Assembly (NCBI GenBank): GCA_951406725.2
Contig: OX597816.1
Coordinates: forward strand, 164,362,001-164,426,000
DNA: 64,000 nucleotides
Direction: 5' to 3'
Origin: Octopus vulgaris
Taxonomy: Eukaryota
Both the position numbers and the translations under genes were made by a program. Below the pieces are notes generated by a model. That model was given only the letters and a program-made list of their open reading frames with translations. It did no database searches and was not told the DNA's origin. Below are positions 1-12,722 of this stretch, one piece after another. The stretch's first letter is position 1. Each line of letters starts with the position of its first letter.

Positions 1-1501
1 CCTCGTCGTCCCCTCTGATTCTCTCTCACAATTGTTCTCTCCTTTTCTTTTATACTGTTATCATATTATTTTCCTAACACACCGTCTTCCCGCCAGCCCG
101 CTTCTTCGTTCGATCGATAGATATTATATTCTTCTTACAGACACCGCTTGCTCACTCACACATACACACATCTATCTATCTATATATTTGTATATACTAC
201 ACATTATCCAGTGCATTCCCGCAAACTCGACAGAAAAACAAAGCAAAACAAAACAAAAAAAAGAATTAAACAATATTATTGGTTAACATCCAGTCAAAAG
301 AGCGCTTACAGTTTATCCCTCGTTTTCCTGTCTGTCCGACCGCCCGTCTGTCTGTCTGTCTCTTCCCCCATCGCCTCACATTTTTCGCCGTATTCTCTCC
401 GTAACACCCTTCCACAACCTTTTCTCCATCCTTCCCCCCTCCACCATTATTCGTTCGTTAGAATGCTGTATGCGTTGCTTATTGCCTTGCATCAAGTCAA
501 TAAACTGGCGAATACAATTAAGCGAAAAATACAACACACACACTGAAGGAATGTATGTATGTTTGCATATATATATATATATGTGTGTGTGTGTATGTAT
601 GAGAGAAAGAGATAGAGGGAGATGCGTGTGTGTGTTTCTGCTTGCTTATTGCCAGCAGCGAATGATTGCCAGTACGAGAATGCATGCTTGCATGTATCGA
701 ATTGTGTTAATGTAGCAAAGCTGTGCAGCGAAGACTGTTGGTGTGACAGAAAAGGCTGATCGATAACAGATAGCTAGTTGATTGGTCGCATTGACAGACT
801 GTTTAGGGAAACGGTGGAGGTGGGGTCGGTGCCGGTGCAAGACCAGATTAACCATTAAACAAAAATTCTCGTGTTACTTAGGGCATCAAAGGAAATGAAA
901 ACCCCCACTTTTTTTTTTTTTTTTGTTCCCTTTAACGGATTTACATTTCTGTAAATTCGTAAATATTATTTTCTAAATAAAATTCATAAAACGTTATTGA
1001 AAAATTTGCATTTTCCCTCCTGTTGCTCTCTCGTTCAGCGTTTCTCAACCGGGTTTCCCCTGGACCCTTAGGGTTCCGCGAGGAAGACTGAAATAAGCCG
1101 ATGCTAATTTCGTGATCGTAATATTACTATACATGCACAACGTATTGTTGGTTATTGTAATATAGATATCATCCTATCTAACTTACATTTGAAAAAATAT
1201 AACAATCGTGTAATCAGCCGAAATTGCTAAGATGATCCGGTTCCCGACTGAAGAGGCTTCGTCTGCTTTTTTGTGTCGTCTCTTTGGGTGTTTTTGCGTT
1301 CTTGTCCCATTTTGTAATTTATATTTAATTTATATATATATATATATATATATATATCAAGATTAATCAGCCGAAATTGCTAAGATGATCTGGTTCTTGA
1401 CTGATGACTGAGGGCTTCGAATGTCCCGTCCTGTGGTTCTTGTGTCGTCTCTGTGGCGTTTCATGTTCTTGTCCATGTCTGTAATTATTTTTACTGTTTA
1501 C

Positions 1502-1549
<48 letters not shown>

Positions 1550-2650
1550 GCGCAGGCACGCACGCATGCACACAAAGATATGTGCACCTTGCTTTAAGGA
1601 ACGCTATTGTTATGATTGCGTTTTGATTGTTCTTCCTTCCATATTATTATGTCTTGTACAGTAATTAAAAAAATTAACTCTCGTCGTATTTGAATATAAA
1701 TTAAAGTAAGGTAGTACTTCACTCCGCCGCCGTTCACTTTATTTCCCTAAGCACCGTCTTCTAGACATAGCTGTCAAATCTATCCTAACATCACACACAA
1801 CTTGGAGGAAAAAAAAAAGGGAAGCAAGATAAAAAATAGCAGTGGATAATGAATTCCCTGATATATACTATGAAGGGATGGTCAAAGCTGGAACGCCTTT
1901 CAGATTTTTAAGATTCAGTAACAATTTTGAATGGTTTCTTTTCTTTTATTCAAAATTTTGTAACTAGCACATCCAGCGTGTACAGATATGTATAAAGAGG
2001 TGTAGGCGAAGAATACATACGTACATTTATACATACGTACATTTATACATACGTATGTGAGCGTGCACACATCTACACATATATGTATATATATACATAT
2101 ACATAATACGTATACACATATGTATATATAATATATACATATGAACAGTTTCAGCGTTATGTCATCCTGACCTTGTATTTGATTAGCTGCATTTGTTTAT
2201 TGTGATATATTTATTTATATATTTGTATAACTGAACTTTTCTTTTGCCGAAATTTCTCGAGAATTAAAATTATATAAGTCTTGAAGCCTCGGTGCTGGGT
2301 GTTGTCGTGAACAAACAACTTCACGCCATCCACTACATACACCGTCATTCATACTCAGCAAAAAGCAGATAGTTTTTTTTCCAAACTGGTGTTCGGTTTC
2401 TTTTTCTTCTATCACTCTATCCTTTATTTGTTTACTTAATTTAATTAGTTAATCTTTCTATCTATCGACCCACGTTTCAGTTTTCGAAAATTTGCTTGCT
2501 CAAAGTAGTAACCAGTTTCCTTTTTCGTAAACCTTCAATGTTGGAGAATCTACGAAACGAAGAATTGAAGAAGACTATATCCGTTGTTAACAATAGGTGG
2601 TTTATTTGTCTGGTTTGATAAAAGGCGATTGAGTTAAAAGTAGAAACTGG

Positions 2651-3068
2651 GGGGATCTTTTCGGTTTGATCGGCAGTTTTTTAAAATAATTTCCACGTAA
2701 CTAAACACTTTTAAACTTCATATACTGGTAGAATGTGTTTATAAAACATCTTTTTCTCTTGGCTTTATTGAGAAAATTCTATAGTTTGTAAAGATATTAG
2801 TTGGGTTTTTTTCTTCTTCAATTTCTGCAATTTCAACCAATCAATGACGTCTATTGAGGTAAAAAAAACATTCTGTGCCGTATGAATATGTCCCTCGTTT
2901 AAGAAACAGATTTGGTCTATTTACATTTGTGAAGAAAAAAAAGATACCCTTCCCCCCATCCCTAACCCTAAAACAGATTGAAATGCAATAGATCGTTACT
3001 AGGGTCATAATAATGACAATTTCATATGACACCGCTAGAAAAAACTGCCGGTCAAACCGAAAAGATCC
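2651..3068 (+). mobile_element. Non-autonomous DNA transposon (MITE), ~29-bp TIRs, 8-bp TSD
   Basis: GGATCTTTTCGGTTTGA.CGGCAGTTTTT at the left end and its reverse complement at the right end; flanking direct repeat gaaactgg (2643-2650, 3069-3076); second copy at 12303-12722. Confidence 0.88.
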
Positions 3069-4106
3069 GAAACTGGAGTATGTCGATATACCGTGAGGAA
3101 GAAGCAAGTTTGCTTACGTCTTCACAGTAACATAAGAAAAATTTCCTTGGAACATGTCACAGTTTCGTACTTTTAAGGGATGAAGCTTATGCTTATTTAA
3201 AAAAAAATATATAATATAGACCCCATTGTTTCGACCCCTGTATATTTTCGGTACTTTTAGTTATGTCTTCTGGATTTGAACTCAAGCGTGGCAGGACATG
3301 TGAATTTATAACTTATAGTAAATTTAAAAGTTGCAATATCAGAGAGATTAAAACGAACTGGCGAAATGTAACGGGAGGTAACTCTGTCCCTGTGTAGAGC
3401 GTCGGACACTCTACCGAGTCTCCTTTTTATGAATTCGAAATTTAGAACACATAAATTGTATGGAACTTTTAAAATTTCTTTGGACTACATGAAGTATTCA
3501 TCAGATTATTTTCAAAGCATTTAGTTTTGATGTAGTTTTGCATATTGGTGACGTAAATCACATTTTGTTTTTCTAGAAATTAATAATAAAAAACTTATTC
3601 TGTTGTGTCTAGGGAGAGTCATTTTCTTTTTGTGCCTTATAATGTAACACAATCACCGGTAAAATTTCCACTTATTTCTTATTTTTATTTTCCTAAAATT
3701 TTCGTTGCATCTTGCAACCATTTTAATAGTCTTGAGTATTAATAAAAAGAGTATGTTATGAGCATTTGAAGTTAGGTAATCAGAAACCTCTGATCTAGTG
3801 AAAATTTGAAATATTTTAAGTGATTTCGTGAATTTAACAAGATCCGGTTGTATAGTTTAGTAGAGAGGGTGGGAGCTTGCAATATGTAACTTTGAAATAC
3901 CATATAAATATCTTTACGATGAGAGGAAAATGACTGTTGTTGTAGGATTTGTTGTGTCTTTTAATTCTTCCTAATTTTGTCACAAGACCAGACCAGACAT
4001 TTTGGTACTTTATTTTATCGACACCCAGAGGAATGAGAAGCAAAGTTGACTTTGCACTTGGAACGCAAAGAGCCGAAAGAAATAGTACTGTGCGTTTGAT
4101 CCGCTA

Positions 4107-4559
<453 letters not shown>

Positions 4560-5779
4560 GATGCTAAAGATTCTATCAGTTTCTACAGGATTTTTATTCA
4601 CACCTTAGCTTTTATTTTTTTTTTTATCTCCGTCCCAAAAGAACAAAAGGTTAAGTTAACCTCAGCGTGATTTGAACGCAGAACTTTAAAGGCCGTCATA
4701 TTAATACCATATGCATTTTTTTAAAGCAAAATTTTTACAAATCCACTTGTTCAGCGCCAACATGGTCGCAGTCAAATGACTGAAACAGATAAAAGAATAT
4801 ATGAGACAAAAGGGATGTAAAACGAAATGGTTTTACCAAGAATTCTTAGCAGAGAATTTTCAGAACGGAATTCGCAGAGAGAGACTTTACCCCTTACTCT
4901 TTCTTCCGCTATAAGTCTTATGATTGCTTACTTTCATGGCACTTCTATTAAAAAGTAGATTCGGCACTGTTGCATGCAGTTATCCAAATTAATTTCAAGA
5001 TATTTACAATATTTACAACATCCTTTCAGTTATCGAGATTCGAGAAAGAATTAAATAAAAAGATAAAAAAAGAAAATTTCAATATCGCAAGACTTTGCTA
5101 TTAGTTTCTCATGTTGAAAATGTTAAACATTGCACTATGTATGTACTGCCGTTAGCTGTACACACCACACTCGCTACCCTGTTACCTGTGTGCGTATATA
5201 ATATTTGCATCTATTTATATATACATACACACATACATGTATTGGTGCATACAGAACATTTCTGTTTTATTGCTTATCAAACCCATCTATTGATAAAGTA
5301 ATTTTATTAAAATCTCATTTCGTAAGAAGAAACACACACACACGCACTCACACGCGCGCGCTTGTATATTACGTTCGTCAATATACGCACACAAAATACA
5401 TATTTTTATAGGTATGCATATATATTTGTTTGTCTGTGTGTGCATATACACATACATCGGAGCATATTTGCATGCATAAACACACAGACTAATATATAAA
5501 TTGATACGCACTTGCATATTCCACACACACACGTACATACATTTTCCCTTGTTATTCGTACACATTGAAAAAATATACATACATTTATATACATACATAC
5601 ATAGAGTACATTTGTCTCGTCATAGTAGTGTACATGGGTGTATAACTAATTTAATTTAAAAGGAAAGAACGAAAAATATTGGAATTCCCGTGAAGATTCT
5701 ATGGCGATTCCTGCAGGCGTAGTTAGCTACGGAGTCATTATTCCAGATATATCACGTTGATGTGTTATTGGCACTTATG

Positions 5780-5811
<32 letters not shown>

Positions 5812-6289
5812 AATGAATATAACCAGACAGACGGCACTGAATTTTATAGTGCTTCTTCTATAAATGGACCAAAGAACCAAGTGACATTTCCGTAGACTGG
5901 TATTGCTTGGACAAATACCAATTGTGGTTCAAATATTCTTCTAATGTTTAAAACCGTTTCTTTTCTTGTTTTTTATCATTCTGTTGAAATGTTTTCTAAT
6001 TTTGGTACGAGTCCAGCCATCTTACCAAGAGATACCTATTACATCGACCCCAGTACTCAACTGGTACTTATTTTATCGATCTCGAAAGGATTAAAGGCTA
6101 AGTCGGCCTCGGCTTTCATTTCTACTCAGAACATTAAGAAAATATCTTCCGGCTCTTTAATGTTTCAAGGTCAAATGTATTAGCAACCGACTTTGCCTTT
6201 CGTCCTGTCGGAGTTGATAAAATAAGAGTTGAGATTGTTGGTTTTGTTTCAAAATTAGAAAGAGTATTTATGTTGGAGAACGGTTTTTG

Positions 6290-6511
6290 TACGTTATTTA
6301 CATTTGATGGATATTTGTCCTCATCTTGTTCGTTGTTAACACAACGTTTCGACTGATGTATTCTCCAGCCTTCATCAGGTGTCTTGGGGAAATTTCGAAC
6401 CTAGGTTCTCATTCCTAAGGTATCAATATTATTATTCAGGTCACTGTTTGGAATCGAACTAGGAATCTTGGGGTTAGCAGCCCGCGCTCTGAATCACTAC
6501 GTCATATGCCC
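6290..6511 (-). mobile_element. tRNA(Ser GCU)-headed SINE-like element with a hammerhead-ribozyme-like 3' part
   Basis: Minus strand: A box TGACGTAGTGA, anticodon loop CTGCTAA, B box AGTTCGATTCC, then an HHR fold at 6383-6338. Confidence 0.65.
6338..6383 (-). ncRNA. Minimal type-I hammerhead ribozyme motif (C3:G8 core)
   Basis: gacac-CUGAUGA-a-ggctg...cagtc-GAAACGUU-gtgtt; stem I gacac/gtgtt, palindromic stem III ACGU. Confidence 0.65.
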
Positions 6512-7175
6512 GTAGGTAAACAGCTTTTGTTTCAAGTTAATTTACTAAATTCTTTATTATTTATAAAATAACTGTCGTTTCGAACAAATAAATACAAAAT
6601 CTTGATGAACGGTTTTAAGTTCGAAAATTGTATAATACAAAGTTTGTATCAGCGAACTGGGATCGGACTCAGGTGGGTTGGTTGTCAAAAGGGCTAAGCA
6701 GGCTGGAGCATGTTGGATCATTTGTTTGAGCCCCACAGACTGCTTTGTGGTATCTCATTTGCAACTGTTTACATTCTGTGTTCAAATCGCACTGAGGTCA
6801 GTCTCGCGTTCCTTCTGGGACCAAATTAACTTCCAAGTATTATTTATTTCTATTTGTAAGATGGGGAATTGGCAGACTCGTTAACATGCCGGACAAAACT
6901 GCGTAGCGGCATTACGTTCTGAGTTCAAATTCCGTTGAAGTCGACTTCGCATTTTTATCGTTTCGGAATCGATAAAATTGAGCATTTGGGTCGAAGGAAT
7001 CGACTTCGCCATTCTTCAGAACTGTTAGCCATGTGCCAAGGATAAGAAAGATTTGTTTTCTTTTGTAGATATTTCTTAAGAAATATCTGTTCTTCCTTCA
7101 TTCTTCTAAAAGTATAATTCTCACACTCACAGAGATTAAGGTGTCAGTTTTCGAGTGTGTATACACTCCTGTATA

Positions 7176-7499
7176 GGCGCATGGTTTTAGTGGTTCGGGT
7201 ACTCGGCTCGTGATCGTAAGACCGTGAGTTCGATTCCTCGTGGTGCCTTGTATCCTTGAGCAAGACACTGTATTTTGCATTGCTCCAATTTCAAGGTGGA
7301 ACTCCAAAATGAGTTCTACCTTTGATTAAAATGGGCCAATCTCGTCATATTCTGTGTCTCGCCGAATCTCTTTGAAAACTTCGTTATGGGTTCGCATGTC
7401 TGTGGAACGCTCAGCCACTTGCACGTTAATTTCACGAGCAGGCTGTTCCGTCGATCGGATCAACTGGAACCCTCGTCGTCCAAAGCAACGGAATGCCAG
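7176..7499 (+). mobile_element. tRNA-derived CORE-type SINE (octopus OR-like)
   Basis: GGCGCATGG..TAGTGGTT head, GAGTTCGATTCC B box, CCTTGAGCAAGACACT core; related minus-strand copy at ~47664-47915. Confidence 0.8.
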
Positions 7500-7919
7500 T
7501 ATACACACAAGACCAGTTCCAATACGTTAAGAAAGATATGTGAACTCGAGAATGGTTTCCATTGCAGTTTGTCGTGAATTCTTAGTCTAAAAGAGAGAAC
7601 GATATTGTTGCTTGTCCAATCCATGTTTATATTTTCTTTGATGCTCTTTTTTTTGTGTCTTTAATTGGAAGAAGAAAGGAGAGGAGATTTGTAATAGGAG
7701 GAAATGAAGAATTGTGAGCTTCATTCTTTTTTTATGATTCAGGGTGACCAGAACGCGAAAGTCGTGATTCGGGTGTTAAGGAGCGTCCTTGAAATTAAAA
7801 ATGTTCACGAGGAATGAGAGAGAGAGAGGAGGGAGCAATATCCTGCGAGGAATTAGCTCTTATCATGGCTTCCTCAGTTGAAAATAAAACAAACACTTAG
7901 ACTCTTGGAGCGTATGCGT

Positions 7920-8243
<324 letters not shown>

Positions 8244-8544
8244 CAGTCATAAGAAGAGTAATTCAAGGAGGCCGATGATATGTATTTAGATAATCAAGTT
8301 AAAGGCTGACATACTGAATGCCGTTCACAATAAATTCTTAAGTTTTTGAAATCTCCCTCTGAGTTGGGAGACGGGAAGCAGGATCCCTGGCGGCATATCT
8401 TCGTGACTCATTTCCAGGATAGATTTCTGCTGAGTTTATATGTACGTCTTACTGAAAAGACGACGCGATCCTTGTTGCGGTGAAGGGAGACAACTAAGTA
8501 CATATCCTTTGGCCTGTTCCGATTCATCGGCGCGTAGATTCATG

Positions 8545-9003
<459 letters not shown>

Positions 9004-9059
9004 GCGCGCGCGCGCGCACACAAACACACGCACGTATAATTTAATGAGAATATGAAGCA

Positions 9060-9535
9060 TTACAAAATGTTATGTTCCTAGTGATTTCAGAGATGTGATT
9101 TTTACCATTTGTGTGTGTTTGGAACGTTTTAGAGATTTTTACAGTTCCAGTGATGGATTGGGTCTGTAGTCTTCGAATCAGCTTTCTGGTTTTGCGAAGC
9201 CTAATTTGTGTGTGTTTGTGCGTGTTCTCTTTCTCTTAATTTAGGATGCAATTTGACCGACCACCATATTTGATAGCAAGGTCGTGAAGGAAAGCCATCT
9301 TGTTTTAGCCATCGTCCTCTAAATCTTAAGGTCTTGCAGATTTTTATAGCCCCAGATATCGTGATCATTTGTAGCGTATGAATTAAGAATTTGCGTTTCT
9401 CTGTCCAAGAACCAAAGTTCAGCCATACTTTGCTCCAAGGAGGTTGGTACGTATCCTGTTGCTCCAATAATAATAAGTATGAAGCTTTTGGTACTGGATT
9501 TTGCAAACTCCTTATCAATTGTTCATAGATGTCTT
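9060..9535 (-). mobile_element. Two decayed 3'-end fragments of RLE-type (R4/Dong-like) non-LTR retrotransposons
   Basis: Minus-strand frameshifted peptides IYEQLIRSLQ..FILIIIGATGYVPTSL..LIHTLQMITISGAIKICKTL and RKLIRRLQTQSITGTVKISKTFQ, resembling the C-terminus of restriction-like-endonuclease LINEs. Confidence 0.7.
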
Positions 9536-10170
9536 ATGCATGAATGTATGTGTGAATGCATATAATATGTATGAATGTATGTATGTATTCTTGAAGCGTC
9601 AGCTGTAAACAAATGCTGTGATACGTTTGTCATTCGATTCGTTATTGATTTGGGTGTGTGAGAGAGCTAGAGAGAAAGCAAGCAATCACCTATAGATCGA
9701 AATGTCGCCGGTTCAGTCTTAAATGTCCGTTCGTTGGAGGCGCTGTTGGCACCTTGCCATTTGTCAGGCAGCTGTTGCTGCTCAGTGCAGGTGTGAAACA
9801 ATTTGCCTCACTGAATGTGTGTCAAAAGAGTTCATTGAAGCTTTTCATTCTCACATACAGACATCCACTTGCATATTCCTCCCCCCACCACACAGACTCA
9901 CCACCACCACACAGACTCACACTGTGTCTATTAGTTCACTTGTCCTTCTTATTTTGACCAATCATAATGTAATGCAATTTATTCTGAATGGATTAATATA
10001 CACCGCGCTTCTACACTCACACAATGTATGTGTATTTATGCATTTATTTGAGTCCGTTTGTGTGAAGTTGACATACATTTAGATATATATATATATAAAA
10101 ACTTCAAAAGGAATATAAACGTGTAGAAGCTTAGCTATATATATATATATATATATAAAACTTAGCTATA

Positions 10171-10556
10171 TCTCTCTCTATATAAATGGCAGTTTGTCTG
10201 TGCGTGTTTCTGTGTGTCTGTTTGCTTGTACCCTCACCCTGACCACGGCTTTCAACCGATTCTGATGAAACTTAACACACACATAGCCCAATGTCATAAT
10301 TCAAAACTAACGCAGCGAAAATTTTGAAAAGTTCCCCCAGTTCTGAAAAAAATCGATAAATTCGACATGGGGTCGAGAATCAGGAACACAAACCACAAAC
10401 TGTGTAGGGGACGCAACTCCACCTTTTTTAACTATCAAAAAAAAATTTACCATAATTTTTTTTCCATTTTTTTGCTGTTTTTTGGCTATAACTCTCTAAA
10501 AATGCTTTATAGTTATTTCCCTTACAAACCTGAGCAACGCCGGGCGATACTGCTAG
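10171..10556 (+). mobile_element. Non-autonomous Helitron
   Basis: 5' TC, subterminal hairpin cctgagcaacgccggg, 3' CTAG followed by T, inserted next to (TA)n; no TSD. Confidence 0.8.
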
Positions 10557-10936
10557 TATATATATATATGACAGTTCTCTCACGCACACACACACACACA
10601 TTCTCACACTACACATTTCATGTAATACGTGTACACGAGCACACACAAATTTATGAATGGCATTTATTGTTGACTCCTTTCATAAATTAATGTGTCTGTA
10701 TATATCTGAACCAGTGTTTGCAAGTACTAATTGTACGCACGCACACACACACACACAATATGGTTGTGTGTGTGTGTGTGTGTGTGTGTGTATTTGTATG
10801 CGGTTTTTGTATGGCTCTGTTTGTGTATATACCTCTACACTTCCACATATTGCGATCGTGATAAATAGGTAATTCGTGTGTTTGCTATATGCTCGCTGTT
10901 TGTTCTAAATACTACGAAGAATACATCTGAAAGTGC

Positions 10937-11001
<65 letters not shown>

Positions 11002-11596
11002 AGTATATATGAGTCACATTGCTCATGTCTCATTAATATATAACGCAATGGCACTAGGAGCGACAGCAACAATGCTGGTGATACTGACGACTATGGCTTA
11101 TTATTATTATTATTGTGTTTGTAATAAGCCCGAGTTGTAACGGTGAAGCATTTTAACGGCCAATCCAGACGACTTTTACCTAATCTATTGTTGGAGTTGT
11201 TATAGCCGCCTCTCATTAAATGTTGGTTCGAAGACAGAATTGACTTCCCTTGTCAACTGGTGGCGCATTAGTGTTTAACTCGGAACAAAAGACAACTTAA
11301 CTGATAAAATAAATGACACCATTGATCGTACGGAAGTATTTATCCACCCTCGACCTCTTGCTGACCGCTCTCTCTCTCTCTCTCCTCTCTCTCTCTTTCC
11401 TCTCTCTCTCTCTTTCCTCTCTCTCTCTCCTCTCTCTCTCTCCTCCTCTCTCTCTCTTTTTCTTTTGTCTCTTTCTCTTTCGTTTTTCTCTTTCTCTCTC
11501 TCGTTTCAAAACTTGCAAGTACGTATCTATCTTTTCCCTATTTCTACATATGCACACACACACACACACACACCATTCAGGTACTATTTAAGAAGA

Positions 11597-11821
11597 GTGG
11601 TTCCGGTGCGCGCACTCGCGTACTCGCGCTAGCAAGTCGTGACTAGTCGATCCTACAACGACTACCAGGCAAAGTAAATAAAACAAAAAATAATTATTTT
11701 ACACAATGTAAATAATTTTTTTTAAACAAAGTAAATAAAACACAAAAACAAAGTAAGAATCGACTAGTCATGACTAGCTAGCGCGGATGCGCGAGTACGC
11801 GAGTGCGCGCACCGGGACCAC
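11597..11821. mobile_element. Foldback MITE with ~55-bp GC-rich TIRs
   Basis: gtggttccggtgcgcgcactcgcgtactcgcg...gactagtcgat and its reverse complement around an AT-rich spacer. Confidence 0.8.
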
Positions 11822-12065
11822 ACGGTGTGGGTAGATGGTTACAAATTTTAGCCGAAAGCCAGCAATCTTTAGGGGAAGTAGGTGTGTCAGTTCGATCCGC
11901 AGTACTCAGCAGGTAGTTTTATTTTATCGTCCTCGAAAGGACGAAAGGCAAAAACCGACCTCTACAGTATTTGAACTCAGAACGTTAAAGGCGGACGAAA
12001 TGTCGCTAAGCATTTTTTCCGGCACGATAATAATCATGTGGGAATAATGCAATGGCTGATTAAAG

Positions 12066-12275
12066 CTGCGGGCTGGCTGAATCGTTAACGCGCCGAGCAA
12101 AATACTTAACGGCCATTCTTTCGTCTTCATGTTCTGAGATCAAATTCCGCCGAGGTCCACTTCGCTTTTCATCCTTTCGGGCTCGATAAAATAAAGTACC
12201 AGTTGATCACTTGGGTCGATGTAATCGACTTATCTTCTTTCCTAGAATTACTGGCCTTGTGCTAAAATTTGAAAT
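12066..12275 (+). mobile_element. tRNA-derived SINE with Nin/Deu-like central domain (octopus OK-like)
   Basis: gctggc.gaatcgtta head and the tract ttcatcctttcggg.tcgataaaataagtaccag; many other copies in the window. Confidence 0.8.
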
Positions 12276-12302
12276 CACTATAATGTGGTTGATAAACAAA
12301 CT

Positions 12303-12722
12303 GGAATCTTTTCGGTTTGACCGGCAGTTTTTTCTAGCGGTGTCATATGAAATTGTCACCCATAATTATGACCCTAGTATCGATCTATTGCATTTCTATC
12401 TGTTTTAGGGTTAGGGTGGGGGGAAAGGTATCTTTTTTTCTTCACAAATGTAAAGAAACCCAATCTGTTTCTTAAACGAGGGACATATTCATACGGCACA
12501 GAATGTTTTTTTTTTTTACCTCAGTAGACGTCAGTGATTGGTTGAAATTGCAGAAATTGAAGAAAAGAACAACCAATAAATATCTTACAAACTATAGAAC
12601 TTTCTCAATAAAGCCAAGAGAAAAAGATGTTTTATAAACACATTCTACCAGTATACGAAGTTTAAAATTTTTTAGTTACCTAGAAATTGTTAAAAACTGC
12701 CGTTCAAACCGAAAAGATCCCC
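12303..12722 (-). mobile_element. Second copy (inverted) of the 2651-3068 MITE
   Basis: Same TIRs and internal sequence in reverse complement. Confidence 0.88.

Noticed and set aside
646-855. 69-aa minus-strand ORF in unique sequence near the window start
   Set aside because: No recognisable motif or partner exons; more likely non-coding.
1205-1500. Two direct copies of aatcagccgaaattgctaagatgat..., containing CGAAA and CTGA(A/T)GA
   Set aside because: Probably Penelope-like LTR debris, but the motifs are in the wrong order or truncated and I could not build hammerhead stems.
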